From contig NC_135888.1 of assembly GCF_964194155.1 (NCBI RefSeq), positions 118,606,001-118,670,000 of the forward strand: a stretch of 64,000 bases of DNA, in the 5' to 3' direction. The stretch's first letter is position 1. Each line of letters opens with the position of its first letter. The DNA is from Cetorhinus maximus (Eukaryota). Shown here one piece after another: positions 11,142 to 24,073 of this stretch. The notes beneath the pieces are model-generated. The model was not told where the DNA came from, ran no database searches, and saw only the letters and a list, made by a program, of their open reading frames with translations. The translations under genes were made by a program, and so were the position numbers.

Positions 11142-13769
11142 CTAATGTGCATAGAACACAGGGAATTAGCAAGATGAACAAAAATGGACACAGGTTGCAG
11201 CTGTGCTGTTATCATAGACACTGTGTGACAAACAGCTACTTCCAAGCCAAGCCATGTCATGCCGCAGGGTGTCCTGGAGACATTCAAGATCACACTATTG
11301 GCACCAGCTACATCTCATCATCACCAGGTGTACCTCCCTCAACAGTGTCCTCATTACTCATAGCTACCACAGCACTGACTGTGACACTGACCACTCCCTG
11401 GTGTGTAGCAAGGTCAGGCTTTAGCCAAGGGAACTATAACACTTGGTCCTTGAATAAGCACTTGCCATATCACTGACTTAGAAAGGATCCAGGGGTTCAT
11501 TAACATCCTTTATCAGGGTCTTTTGGACAACAGTGTCCAAGGCCAGAGTGTGGTGTTAAAGTGGGATAATCTGCATAACAACATCTATAACTCTGCACTC
11601 ACTGTGCACAGGAAAAGGGATCAGGGGAATGCTGACTGGTTTAAGGCTTATTGGACTGAAATGGAGCCAGTTACTGCAACGAAGAAATTCCCCAGCAAAC
11701 AAAATCTAGATGCTCTCAGAGCTGCCAGTATCAAGTCTCAACAGATTGCTCGGCACTGCGCCAATCAATGCTGGTTGAAATTCTGCAACGGCATACAATC
11801 TGCTGCTGAATCCAGGGATGCTAGAGGAATGTCTGACGGAGTCAAAAAAACAACTGGCCCAGCATCAAAAAATCAGCCCCCTTAAAGACAAAGACAGGGA
11901 TAATCATCACTGATCCTTGCAAACAGATGGAAAGGTGGGTGGAGGACTACCCTGAACTCTACACAGCGGAGAACATTATCACTGAGGAAGTTCTCAGCAC
12001 CATTCCAGACTTTCCTTTTATGGAGGAGCTGGACAGCGAGCCCACCATAGCTCAATAAGGTCAGTGACTACTCCACATTGCCTTCATAGACCTCACCAAG
12101 GCCTTTGATCTCATTAACAGAGATGGATTTTTTAAACTGCTGTGGAAAATAGGGTGCCCACCTGCATGACAGAGCCAACAGCAAGCTGTTCAACTTGGCA
12201 AGACTGCAAGCCAAGACCAAAATGCATAATGTCCTAGTTTGTGAGTTGCTGATTGTGCTGTGCTGGTGTGTCATACTGAAGCTCACTTGCAGCAGCTGGT
12301 AGATTGGTTCTCCTGGGTCTGCAAGGAGTTTGGGCTGACAATCAGTGTTAGGGTGGACCAAAGTTATAGTCCAGGACATAGAGACTCCACCTTTCATCAA
12401 CATTGACAACCTCATTCTAAGGTCATCAACAGCTTCACATGCCTTGGATCAACAATTATCAGCAATCTGTTCCTTGACACCGAAATCAGCATCAGGATTG
12501 CCATGGCCGCAGCTGTCATGTCAAAGTTAAGAAGTCAAATGTGGACCAGCAGCAAACTAACAGAAAATACCCAAAGATCCGTGTGTGCCAGGCTTGTGTT
12601 CTCAGCACCCACCTTTACCGCAGCGAAGCCTGGACAACTGATGCAAGCTAAGAAGAGTGTCTGAACAGATTGCACCTCCACTGCTCCACTGCCTCAGGCA
12701 AATATTGGGAACCTCCTAGCAGAGCAGAGTTCCGAAAATGGAAGCACACCAGCGTGCAGGGATCGCCAGCATGTTTGTTCTCTCGAATCAACGGTGACTC
12801 TGTTGATTGGGTCATGTGCACCAATGGTTGAGGGCTGCCTCCTCAAAGACATGCTCTGTGGCAAGCTTGCTACTGACATGAAACCAACAGAATACCAAAA
12901 CTGCAATACAAGGATGTCTGTAAGTGAGAGCAGAAGTTGGCCGGGATTGGAGTTGAAGCATGCGGAAGTCCTCGCTGCTGACTGGAGTGCCTGGAACAAG
13001 CAGTCAGGAAAGGCGTGGAAAAAGCAGAGGACAAAAGAAAAGCAAGTCCGCTAGAAGGCAAAAGCATCATTTGACCTCAGGCCAGCAGCATTCAACTATG
13101 GAAGGGAATCCAAAAGTAATATACACCCCGGGTGCAGTCCATTGTCTCCCGAGATGGATGGATGCCTAAGCTATTTTGTTTGCCTGATTACTGTGTGCAC
13201 CATGTGCACTTTTTATGGCGTCCTCATTCAGAACCATATTGCATTGTCATGCTCCATGATTAGCATTCGTTGCTGAATGAAGGGGACTGAGGGCCATCTC
13301 AACTTTGTATGCAACAATGTGACAGTGTGTTGGAAGTCAGTATTTATTGGATGGTAATGTGTGTGTCTTGATTTGTATTCTGAATGCAATGTGACACGGT
13401 TGAATATGTAGCATCTGCTGGCCTTCCTGTAATGATGTGCCAAGGAGATTGGCCAAGATTACGTGAGAATTGATGCGCAGCTCATGCACTCATAGCCCTT
13501 GCACTGTGGGCAAGGAGCAGAAAGATGGCTCATAATAGCTTCATTGGCTTATGTGCCAGTGCGAAACCAGTATCCTCGGGGGCAGTCACATCTTTTTATC
13601 ATGTGTGATAAAGGTGCAGTCCTTTGGCCTTCTAGGGGGTAGACGGTATGTGTAGTGAGGTAGCTCCAGGTGGAGGCTGGCAGAGGTGGGCAGATATTCA
13701 GAGCAGGCAATGGTTTGCTGGCATTATACTGAAGGTTTTGTCTCATTCCTGGGCAAAACGTTTGAAGAT

Positions 13770-14210
13770 GAGGTTTCATCTTCACAAACCTTGGATCAAC
13801 AATTATCAGCAACCTGTTCCTTGAAGGATGCCGAAATCAGCATCAGGATTGCCATGGTTGCAACTGTAATGTCAAAGTTGAGAGGTTGAATGTGGACCAA
13901 CAGCAAACTAACCGAAAATACCTAAAGATCTGTGTGTGCCAGGCTTGTGTTCTCAGCACCCACCTTTACCGCAGCGAAGCCTGGACAACCGATGCAAGTC
14001 AAGAAAAGTGGCTAAACAGATTTCACCTCCACTGCTCCGCTGCCTCAGGCAAATATTGGGAATCTTCTGGCAGAGCAGAGTTCTGAATATGGAAGCACAC
14101 CAGCTTGCAGGGATCCCTAGCATGTTTGCTCTCTTGAGTCAGCAATGACTCTGTTGGTTGGGTCATGTGCGTCGAATGGTTGAGGGCCGTCTCCTCAAAG
14201 ACATGCTCCA
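13770..14210 (+). mobile_element. Second RTE ORF 3' fragment (direct repeat of about 12430-12860)
   Basis: Near-identical blocks such as CTTGGATCAACAATTATCAGCAA and GTGTGCCAGGCTTGTGTTCTCAGCACCCACCTTTACCGCAGCGAAGCCTGGACAAC. Confidence 0.8.
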
Positions 14211-14214
14211 TGGT

Positions 14215-15400
14215 TTCTGACAGCCCTGACATGTCTCTCTGTGGCCCTGGCATGTTGGAGAGATGCTGCAATATCTTTGTCCTCTTCCTCATACTCCTCT
14301 CTGTCATCACGTTCTGAGGAGGAGAGCAATTCCTCCATGTCCTCGCATGGCAATTCCTTTACCCTTGAATGCAATGTCGTGCAATGCGCAGCAGATTATG
14401 ACAATCCTGGACACACTCTGTGGTGCATATAGCAATGCTCCACCGGAGTAGTTAAGGTAGCGGAAGCGCATTTTCAGCAAGCCAATTGTCTGCTCTGTGA
14501 TTGCCCTGTTCAATCCATGTGCTGCATTGGAACATTCTTCTGTGGGGCTCTGGGGATGATGCACTGGTGTCTTTAGGGGGTTACCCTTGTCACCCAAGAT
14601 CCAACCTTGCATTCCGGCAGGGGCCTCAAATAGCTCTGTCAGCTGACGTAAAATGTGTGAGTCATGAGAGCTCCCTGGGAAATGAGCGCATGTGCATAGT
14701 TTTTTCCCCATGGTCCCAGGCTATAATACTAAGGGAGTGAAACCCCTTCTGAGTTAGAAATGCAGCCGGCTGTTCCCAGGAAGCTCGAATGCCACATGTG
14801 TGCAGTTGGTTTCATCCTGTACTTGTGGGGGGTGCTTAATGGCCCCGAAGCTGACTGTTCTTGTGGTCTGGCTATCAGCATCTGCTGTGAATTGAATGAA
14901 TTTGTTGGCTCTTCTGAACAAGGCATTGGTCACCTCCTTTATGCATCCATGGGTTTCTGGGAGATGTCACATTGTGGACCCCTGGAATGAGCTGCTGGCG
15001 TAGAAATTTACAGCTGCAGTCACCTTAAGGCAACTGTAACTGGGTTCCCTCCAAAGCCGGGGAGCTGCAGGTCTTGTTGAAGGAGCATGCAGAGGTCAAT
15101 GGCCATCTCCCAGGAAATTTTAGCTGTCTCTAGCATTGCTTCTCAGACATATGAAGGTAGTTTTTGTGCATTCTAAATACGCGCTGATGTGCAAGTGCTC
15201 TTTGACGATGATGGCCCAGGTTGCCTTCCTCCTGACCTCCCTCCCCCTCAGCTGGTGCTGGCTGATAACCTTGTGGCCTATGTTGTTGTGTGACAAAAGC
15301 CTTCCTCTGGCAAATCCTCTCCCCCACTGCCTGTGGTTGCAAAATATTGGGTGTATGAGACCCATTGTGAATCCACAAAGTGAACTGGGCGGAGAAGGCA
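14215..15400 (-). pseudogene. PIF/Harbinger DDE transposase (HARBI1-like), decayed (element A)
   Basis: ORF 14307-14711 has FPGSSHDSHIL, WILGDKG, NAAHGLNRAITEQTIGLLKMRFR and CCALHDIA, all DDE_Tnp_4-type motifs. Upstream part is frameshifted. Confidence 0.85.
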
Positions 15401-18400
15401 GGAAAATTAAAAAAAGAGGACCTCTGTTGACCCAGCCTTCATTCTAGAGCAGCTGCACTTGACCAATGGGAGTGCATCACCCTCCCATGGGCCACACCCA
15501 GAACTCCTCCCATTCCCCAATGGCCTCCTCCCAAAACAACCTGATCTCCTGTAAGGTACAGCTTTCATAGCAGCCATGCCAATGAAAATGCACAGTGCGA
15601 CCCTGCCATTGGAGCACACCCTCCTCACCCCTCCCTCTGCCACCCTTGAGCTTCCTCCCAATTCCCTTTACGCTCCTGACAGCACCCTGCTCCTTCCCCC
15701 AATCATCCAGGAGCCTCCAATGATCACCCCAGACCTGTAGCCAGTGACCCTCATCCCTCCATCTCTCACCCATGGCCCTCAACCCTTCACCCTTGACCTT
15801 CGTACCATCATCGTGGAGCCTCCTTTCATCATTTTTGACCTGTGCCCTTGGGATCCCTTGACGGCTCCCCTCCCCACCCCCCCAGGACTAGAGACCCTTG
15901 ACCTGTTATCCCTCCAACTGGATCTGCCCTGTTTCAAACTTAATACCCTTCCTCTGATGGTTGACCTGCCAAGTGTGGTTCAGCTACCTTCCTTGGACAC
16001 ATAAGACGTGACCACTGCAAAGATGGATCCCATCCTATAGTCTGGAGCCTGGCTTCCTTTGGGCAACTCCTCCCACCACTACCCCATACATGCCAGTAAC
16101 TTGCTGTACTGCTGGCTGAGGACCTGATCACCACCCTCTTGCCAGCACAACTGTTGTGCCATTTGAGGACCCTTTAAGAGAGAATATGCTAATAAATAAG
16201 TAGCCTGGATGTAAACAGTGTGCCCAGCAGACATTGTTCAGAGGAGCTTTCAGTCTAGCTAGCAGCATGTGGTGTGAAGGAATTGCAGCTGTACTTTCTT
16301 GTTAACAATAGCTGTTGAATCATTATAATAAATCTGTCTGCTGAGCATTCCTGTTCTGCACCTTCAAATAAACTGAACCGACATTTAGTTTACCAGTCCT
16401 GTGTGAGATTGGTAAGCTTGTTTTAAGTAACTGTAGAAATACAAAAGACCGACCACCACCATCCTCTTGCCAGCCCAACCATTGCGCTGTTTGAGGGCCT
16501 CACCACCGTCACCCTCTCCCTCCTCCCACCCTGCTCTTGCTGTTTCTTCTGCTCCCATCCCTTGTGCTGCTGTGTTAGACAAAGACAAAGCCTCACCTCA
16601 GACCCAAAGATTGAACAATCTCACCTGGTGCACACCACCTTTAAGATATTGGGAAAAAGGAGGCACAAGTTGCCCGTGTACCGCTGACTTAATCTTGAAG
16701 GTAGGACTTAATTTGGTGAAATTCCCATTTAAGGAGTATTCACTGTATGCAAATGCCTGATAAAGAGGTTTCCATCACCTCCGCCACAGACATGCCGCCG
16801 ACTCAATTTCTTAAACTCAACCCAAGGTCAGCAAATCCAGATTTCGGCTCTCACCTAATTAAGTACCCACCCCCCCCCACCGCCACCTCAACCTCCACCC
16901 ACGCTCACTTTATTTCACTCTCTATAGGCCCAATTACCACCCTCCTGCCACACTGTACATGCTGAGAAACTTCACTGGAAAATTGCATCCATCATTCTGG
17001 GCTGGATCAAACGCAGCTCATCGGAGTGAAAGGTACATGGCTTTCAAAGCACATTGTACAATATGAATAATAAACAGTCTTCTGTTTAATTTAAAAAGGT
17101 TGATGCTTTTGCTAAAATAACGACAGAAAGATTTTGTACAGGTGCATCAACAAGCTTGTCATTAATATTGTAATCTCCTGTGTTGTTAAACTATGGTACT
17201 CAGTCCTCCCCCCACCAACAGAATTCATGCTGAATTTGGTAACTGAGCAAAACAACCAATATCAAGATTCCAGGGTTAATAAATCAAGCTAACAGAAAAT
17301 CAATAATTTTGCAGGTTTCTTTACACAAATTGCCCTTTCCTGTCCATCAACATTATTATCCTTGTAAGAATGGGGAAAATGTCAAGGACTAAATAATGCA
17401 GCCAGTTTCATCTTCTTCACTGATGGGGGAGAAATTCAAGTCACACTAGTTTCTGGCTTGAGATGCCAATCGGGCACCCTGATTCAGCTCAGTGGTATGG
17501 GCCTTAGGAATTTCGACCGGCTTTGATGCCAAGGTGGTCCATGGATAAATCCAGCTTGGGGGGAGTGGCGGAATTGTGGAGGAGGGCTGGTGGGGGGGAT
17601 GTGGATTGGAGATTGACATGGTGAGGGCTGAACCCAGACATGCAGCATTTTAATGCAGATAGGTTTAGCACTCCTGGTCCTCCTGGTTTGCTTACCCTTT
17701 TCGTGGGCAGCCTTCAGTATGTGGTCCATTTAAGGACCAGTCATTAGACCTCTGAAGAGCTGCAACAGCAGACTGAAGCATACTCGCCACAGGCTCCAAC
17801 CACTTGCGCATCAAATTTGTATTGTGGCCTTAAAAACCAACACTACAACCTCAATTTCCGTATTGAGGTAAGCAACACTACACACTGAGAAGCTATGAGC
17901 TTCTAAATGGCTCACAAGAGCTTGCACCCTGAAATTCTGCTTTCTAATTAAACTTTTTGTTCAAAAATGGATAGAACAAGGTGAAATCCCACCTCCCTCC
18001 ACCACCTCCAACCAACCATTTGTATAATCTTTCTTTTCTTTTCAGTTTATTCCCCCATACCATTTCAAAGTGGCTGCGAATGCCACAGGCTGAAGGTGGC
18101 AGTATGAGCCTCAGTTTCAGCTGCTTCTTCTGTCAAAATTAGGGTGAGAGGAAGAATACAGATTTTCATCCATTCTTCACACAGCTAAACTGACCTTTGT
18201 CTGAAGCTATGCTGAAGGGGACATAAGACTGATCTGGCAGCTGAAGAGTGCACTGAACAGGCGTTTGTGTGGCGAAGAAAAGCATCATTTTGATAAATAT
18301 GGCAACAAAATAAATCCGCAGCTGAATTTGTTATTAAACTCAAGCCGGTTAGCAATTTAGTTTTGAACCAATAATCTCATTTTCAGTAGCTATTATCCCC

Positions 18401-18639
18401 CCAAAACTAACCCATAATCTCACCAGCCCATTAACACAAAGAGCTAAGTGGCCTTCAATTAAGTGAAAGGTTAACGCTGACATGTTGTTATAGGTAAAGT
18501 ATTAATAAGTTGACTTCTATGGATTTTTGTGGTTTTTTTTAATTGTTTAAGCAGTGAGCTCCTTTGACATTATGAACGGAATCTGAGAGGAAACCGATTG
18601 TGTGAGGGAAGTGGAATTAGAACACAGTTAAAATGAGGA

Positions 18640-19512
18640 AAAGAAAATCTTGCATTTATCTAGGACCTTTCATGACTTCAAAACATCCCAAAGTAATTTA
18701 TAGATAATGAAGTACCTGTGAGGTATAATCACTGTTATAGCAATATAGGAAACACAGCAGCCAGTTTGCACACAGCAAGATCCCACAAACACCAAGGCTG
18801 GCGTTACTTTCCTTGGAGCAACGAAAGTTGAGAGGGGACCTGATAGAGGTGAATGAGATTATGTGGGGCATAGATAGGGTGGATAGGAAGGCACTTTTTC
18901 CATTAGTAGAGGGGTCAGTAACCAGGGGGCACAGATTTAAGGTAAGGAGTAGAAGGCTAGGAGGGGAGTTGAGGAGAATTTTTTTCACCCAGAGGGTGGT
19001 GGGAGTCTGGAACTCACTGCCTGAAAGGGAGGTTGAGTCAGAAACTCTCATAACATTTAAGAAGTATTTAGATATTCACTTGCATTGCCATAGTCTCCAA
19101 GGCTATGGGCCACGCACTGGAAAATGGGATTAGTGTAGTCAGATCGTTGTTGACTGGCGTGGACACGTGGGCTGAATGGCCTCCTTCTGTGCTGCAGACG
19201 TCTAGGAGTCTATGATGATGATCGGATAATCAGTTTTTTTTAAGTGATGTTGGTTGAGGGATCAATACCGGTCAGAACAGCAGGGATAACTCTCCTATTT
19301 TTTCTTCAAAACAGAGCCAGGAAATCTTTTATGTCACCCAACAGGGCAGACTCAGTTTAACAGCTTGTCGGAAAGATGGTACCTCTGACAGTGAATCACT
19401 CCCTCTGTACTATACTGGAGTGTCCAAATTTTGTGCTCATGACTTGAGTTGGGTTTGAATCCTGAACCTTCTGACTCCATGATGAAAGTGCTACCACTGA
19501 ATCATGGCTGAC
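18640..19512 (-). mobile_element. Deu-domain tRNA SINE split by a CR1 insertion
   Basis: Reverse complement of the 2066-2485 family. Tail at 18640-18790, body and head at 19215-19512. Confidence 0.75.
18793..19214 (+). mobile_element. CR1 LINE 3' end
   Basis: LEQRKLRGDLIEV..TRGHRFKV..FFTQRVVGVWNSLP, followed by the 3' UTR and a TCTATGA-type tail. Confidence 0.9.
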
Positions 19513-20523
19513 AAAGCAAGATTGATGAAGGATTTCACTTGGGCTAATTCAGTTCCTTCTAGTAACTCACAAGCATGTTTCCATACCCTATGAATTCATT
19601 AACACTCATGCACACAAAAATGTTTATGCACCAAACCAATAAATAAATCATAAACATACAATTATACACAATTGCAATTATACATAATGGTTTTATTTCT
19701 TTATGTACTGATGTTATGCCATAGCATTTAAATGTCCCAATTGCTATACTTCTTTTCCTGTACAACAGCTGCAACTGGCTTTGAGTTGCATCATTTTAAG
19801 CTGTTGACAATTAAAATTTCAGAAACTACTTAATTTACCCAGCCAAACAATCCATTTGAAAAAACAAATACAGTTCTTTTAAAAATTACAGAAAATGTTT
19901 CTTTTTTGCTGTGATCCCTTTCAAAATGCTACATTTACAATTCTGCATAATGCTTCTGGCTATTGATGCAGTGAAAATGGCCCAGTTTATGTTCAAGGGT
20001 GCATTTCACAGCAGCCAGAACTGCACATGCATCATTTGAAAAGTGTGTTTGCTATAGGTTTTTAAGCCATTATTTGCATTTTACTTTCTGGCCAAAATAA
20101 CTTTCCCGGTGACTGGGGAATGTCCTGTGTTGGCTAGCCAGAGCTAGGCCTGGCCTGCATACTCTCAGCAAACATGGCCTCGTCTGACCATCTGTGCTAA
20201 AAAGTTCAGAACAGCACAATGGATGGAGTCCACGCTAACTTACTTCACATTTGCAAAATTTCACATGGAAAAATAGTCCAACCACCATGCATTATATAAA
20301 GTAACAACTGTATGAAAGGCGAGCTAGGCAAGGAATCAGATGTCAAAACCTGCATGAGCAGTGTTATACCAATCCTGTTGATAGTGTTATGGTCTTGTAG
20401 CTCACTTCAGACCATTAGCTACTCTTTGTGTAACTCACACCGATCAACCAAGCTGCTTCATTGTTACATGCTGTATTTTGTTCTCTCTATTGTACAACGT
20501 CAAAGCAAAATTAAAAATCATAC

Positions 20524-20791
20524 CAACAGCCTCTGAGAGACCGTAGACCTTCTGACTGTAGGCATCCGTTTTGTCCCATATGTAAGTGTAGGCCAGGTTA
20601 GGAGATGCATGGAACCATTTCTGGAAGAGATGTCCTTCCACAGCTACCATCAGGTGAACCTTAATTAAATTGATTGGCACAATGGATTGCGTCATTGTGA
20701 CTTTCAAAAGGGATTTGTAGCCAGCAGTACGAGAGCTCAGGTAGCACAACTTCAAGCTGGAGCCTGGGATTTCAACTGCTTCATGTAGAAC
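20524..20791 (-). CDS. TENM2: Teneurin-2 coding exon ([17 protein letters not shown]), phase 0 to 1
   Basis: TTCAG|GTT acceptor, G|GTATGA donor, 268 nt. Teneurin motifs [14 protein letters not shown] and [19 protein letters not shown]. Confidence 0.93.
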
Positions 20792-21399
20792 CTGAACACA
20801 TGATACAAACATTGTGAAATACCTGCATGGTAAAGCAGTTATTAAGGCTTAATTTGAAAGGTTCAAAATGCGTCTTTGCTAATGAGTCATTATCATCCAT
20901 TATTTAATGCATACAATTGACTGCCTACTAACAGCAATTACAATGGATTAGCCCGGCCCATTAACAAAACAACCACCAAAGTAATCATTTATGTGCTACT
21001 TGTGCTTAGATTAAGCTCCCTATTATAATCTATTTAAAGAGAAAAGTTTTCTTTCATTTTATTTTACAACAGAGGCACAATAAATGATAGTTTCTGGCAG
21101 CCCTCAAAGGCCGAACTAGCGACAAGTAAACCTTTGTACTTACTTTACAAAAATGAATATCATCAATACAATGTATACAGTATGGGGGATGTTGGTTATT
21201 TAACAAGAAGAATAAGCAATGATTACTGATGAGCATATACCACTACATGAGACACAGGAACAGGAGTCAGACAACCAGACCAAAGAGCCTGTTCTGTCAT
21301 TTAATTGATCTGTACTTCAACTCCATTTACCTACAATAATGAATCCTTTTAAAATCTCTTGTGTGGAACCTTGTCAAGTATTTTCTTGAAGTCCATATA

Positions 21400-21830
21400 G
21401 ACAACAGATTTGATGGGTGGCGGGAGAGGCCTGTGCCCAACATACAGCCCGGCAGGTTTGAAGGGAGAGATGCCTGCTTTCTGGATCTACAGTGCCAATC
21501 AGAGGCAGAGGCCCTCCCCCTTTGCTAGACACCAGTTCACCCACTAAAAGCTGTTGGGCTTCCCACATGGCATGGGCTGCACCTCCACTCCCCCGGCCCG
21601 CTGTGGGTAAAATAGCAGCAGGGGTGAGGAAGAGTGGGATGAGGCACTTCTGTGGCCATTAATTTGCCACTTCAGGGCCTCAATAGGCCCAAGGGTGGGC
21701 AGGCTGCCTACCACTTACCCCACCCCCTGTAAAATGGGAGAAAGGTTGGGAGCGGACAGGTAGGCATTGGAAAGGCCACATGTTGCATTTTGCACTTTTA
21801 TCTGCCACTGCAGAACACGTGGCCTCGAGT
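21400..21830. mobile_element. Harbinger-type MITE remnant
   Basis: GC-rich segment sharing blocks (GTAAAAT, GGGCCTCAATAGGCCCAAGG..GGGCAGGC) with the MITE at 49971-50716. Confidence 0.4.
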
Positions 21831-21912
21831 TGCGTTTATTCTGCTCCCACACCCCGCCACCCCCATCCCACCATGTTTGATTTGTTTTCTGCAGTCTTTA
21901 CCATGCACTTAC

Positions 21913-22174
21913 TTGGGTCTCAGGAATAATAGGGTTCTGCCCAGGAGAGGAACTAAAGAAAGTTGAAAGTGGTGAAGAGACAAGGATTGGTTCAGGCCGC
22001 ACAAACCCACTCAGATCACAGCTAGGAATGGTGTTTTCCTCAGTCTTCATCACTAGAGTATTCATAGCATAGAAAGTGTTCCACGGAAGCCAGACTGTGC
22101 GCTCCTGGTTTAGGAATGGAGCACGCTCGAAGTGTAATGTAAGTGATGCACCACCATTTGCAATCAAATCAAAC
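21913..22174 (-). CDS. TENM2: Teneurin-2 coding exon ([15 protein letters not shown]), phase 2 to 0
   Basis: CTTAG|G acceptor, CAA|GTAAGT donor, 262 nt. [20 protein letters not shown] and [12 protein letters not shown] are teneurin hallmarks. Confidence 0.95.
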
Positions 22175-23020
22175 CTAAGGGGACAACAGAATAGCCATAA
22201 TTGAAACAGAAGCCAACTTGGAACAGAACCATGCAACTGTTAATATTACCTGACCTTAGGCAACATAATAATGAACATCAAAAGCATTTTTCATTGCAAA
22301 ATTCTAATTTTATTGCTTGACCATACAAATAGAATTATTCAAATCAGAGCAGTGCAATGGGCAAGAACTATGGTGATATTAAGACACAAATTAATTTTCT
22401 CTGCATCCCAAATTAATTATTAGAAGGTGTATTTTTTCCATTGTGATTCACAGTGTATGTCCTGTGGCGTTGTTCACAAGTCAGATGATACATTGTTTCA
22501 TAAGAGCAGAAGTGTTACGCAATCTACTGTACAATGTATTATTCTACTGCTGAGGTGAAGCTGTGTGTAATCTGACACGTCCCTTCAAGGTGACAAAGCT
22601 TGATTGCTGTTAAAAAATAACTGAGAGGTCAACTCGAAGTTAATTGTTGTTAGTAATGATTGGTAGCTACTTCTAAATCCCCAGTTGAAGTCAGGATAAA
22701 AATTGTTTTCCTGCATATTTTTAGAATTTTGAAGTGTGGTATCTGAACTGTGATGGGCCCAAAGCATTTTTTTAAAAGGTTGATAAATTGCCTATAGTGT
22801 TGCTCACAGTCATGTGCAGAAGAATTTAAAAAAAGGACAAAAATGTCCAGTGTCAGCTGGATGGGCTTGCGATGTCCTGACAGTGTAGCTAAAGTGGAAA
22901 TCTAAAGGAAATGTAAGCAGGTTAGTGGCAGCAACAGTAAGTGTGCATTATATATTCCAAATGGGTTAAATTAAAATTTTGAATCAATATATTTGCTGCT
23001 GCACCACTTTTGGATTAGAA

Positions 23021-23137
23021 GGGAGAAATTTTATGGCCCCTTCGCGGCGGGGGCAAGGCTGTGAAATGTGCCGAGCCGTTCAAAAGTCCATTGACTTTGG
23101 CGGGACCGTAAAATCCCGCCATCACAAAATTCCGCCC
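23021..23137. mobile_element. Tiny Harbinger-type MITE (117 bp)
   Basis: Terminal inverted repeats GGGAGAAATTTT and AAAATTCCGCCC. Confidence 0.55.
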
Positions 23138-23953
23138 CAAGTATGGCTTGGAGACACACCAGATGGGGCAATGTGAAAATTATATGTGGAATGACTGTGG
23201 GAGGAATGCCGGGGTGAGGGGGGTGCGGGGGGATTGGCATAAGCCATTGGCGGTCACACATTTTGGTCTGGAATTGCATGTGAAGTGCTTCCAGCAATTG
23301 TGTTGAAGTGTCATCATAGATTAAAGTGGCACCATGGGTCGTAGAGCGGCTGATTATTCCCACATTGGGCTACCACAGACTGAAGTAGAGCTGTGAAAGA
23401 TATGGGAGGGCGGGAGGGGAATTCCTGATCAAATGTTGGAGAAGGGCCAGATACAAATAAATCATAAAGATCAGAGCAGGATCAGGAAAGGTCTGAATGG
23501 GGCTGAAAAAGACTGAATGAACTGGGGAAAGGAGGAGGAGGTTGGACATAATTGGCCTTAATGTTCCTGCACAAGAGAGGGAAAATATCAGCTTGGATTT
23601 CCACTAACCAATGACCCTTGCTGGGAAAACATATGTGTGGGCTACAAGATGAGGACTGGGTTGAACTGTCTATCATAACCTTAAGGAAGAATAGCCCAGT
23701 GAGGGTCATTGTCTCTGCTCCACAATAGGATAATCACTGGGTGAGTCACCAGGCTGCTACTTCATACCTCAAAACTACACTCCTGAACTGGTCATTTCCT
23801 TTAGGAGAGGAGAAATATAGGAAGAAATTTGAAGCAATAAATTAATTAAATGGATCAAAATATTTCAATTAACGAATCAGATATATAGAATCCATGAAGG
23901 AGGGGTCGTGCTGGTAGAGCATCCCCAATGAGAAAGTCTAATTATTAACTCAC

Positions 23954-24073
23954 GTGCCATCCTGACGAGTAATCGTGTATCCGTACTGAGGATATTTGAC
24001 AAATGATACATTTACTCCAACCAATGGTGTCCCATCCTTTGTAAAGACTTGTCCTCGGATTAGTGAAGCTAGG
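23954..24073 (-). CDS. TENM2: Teneurin-2 coding exon ((S)[39 protein letters not shown](T)), phase 2 to 2; absent from the ORF track
   Basis: Hand translation of the minus strand. CATAG|C acceptor, AC|GTGAGT donor, 120 nt. Joins the flanking exons in frame. Confidence 0.95.

Larger units (their letters stand above)
8600..13170 (+). mobile_element. RTE-clade LINE, decayed and internally deleted, with nested inserts
   Basis: APE motifs (DINAL*ETR, FWQGK..REH, GDFSARVG at about 10785, KMNKNGHRL, WRHSRSHYWHQL) and RT motif IAFIDLTKAFD at about 12080. RTE-like 3' end CCATTGTCTCCCGAGATGGATGGATGCC. Confidence 0.75.

Noticed and set aside
14215-15400. Possible domesticated HARBI1 host gene (also 58690-59870)
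   Set aside because: Multiple frameshifts and stops, a paired Myb gene, TIR-like ends and several divergent copies indicate decayed transposons.
1-20523. Expected next TENM2 exon (VSVGFEYETC..WEKRTA..)
   Set aside because: Not found by eye on the minus strand. It probably lies beyond the window start.
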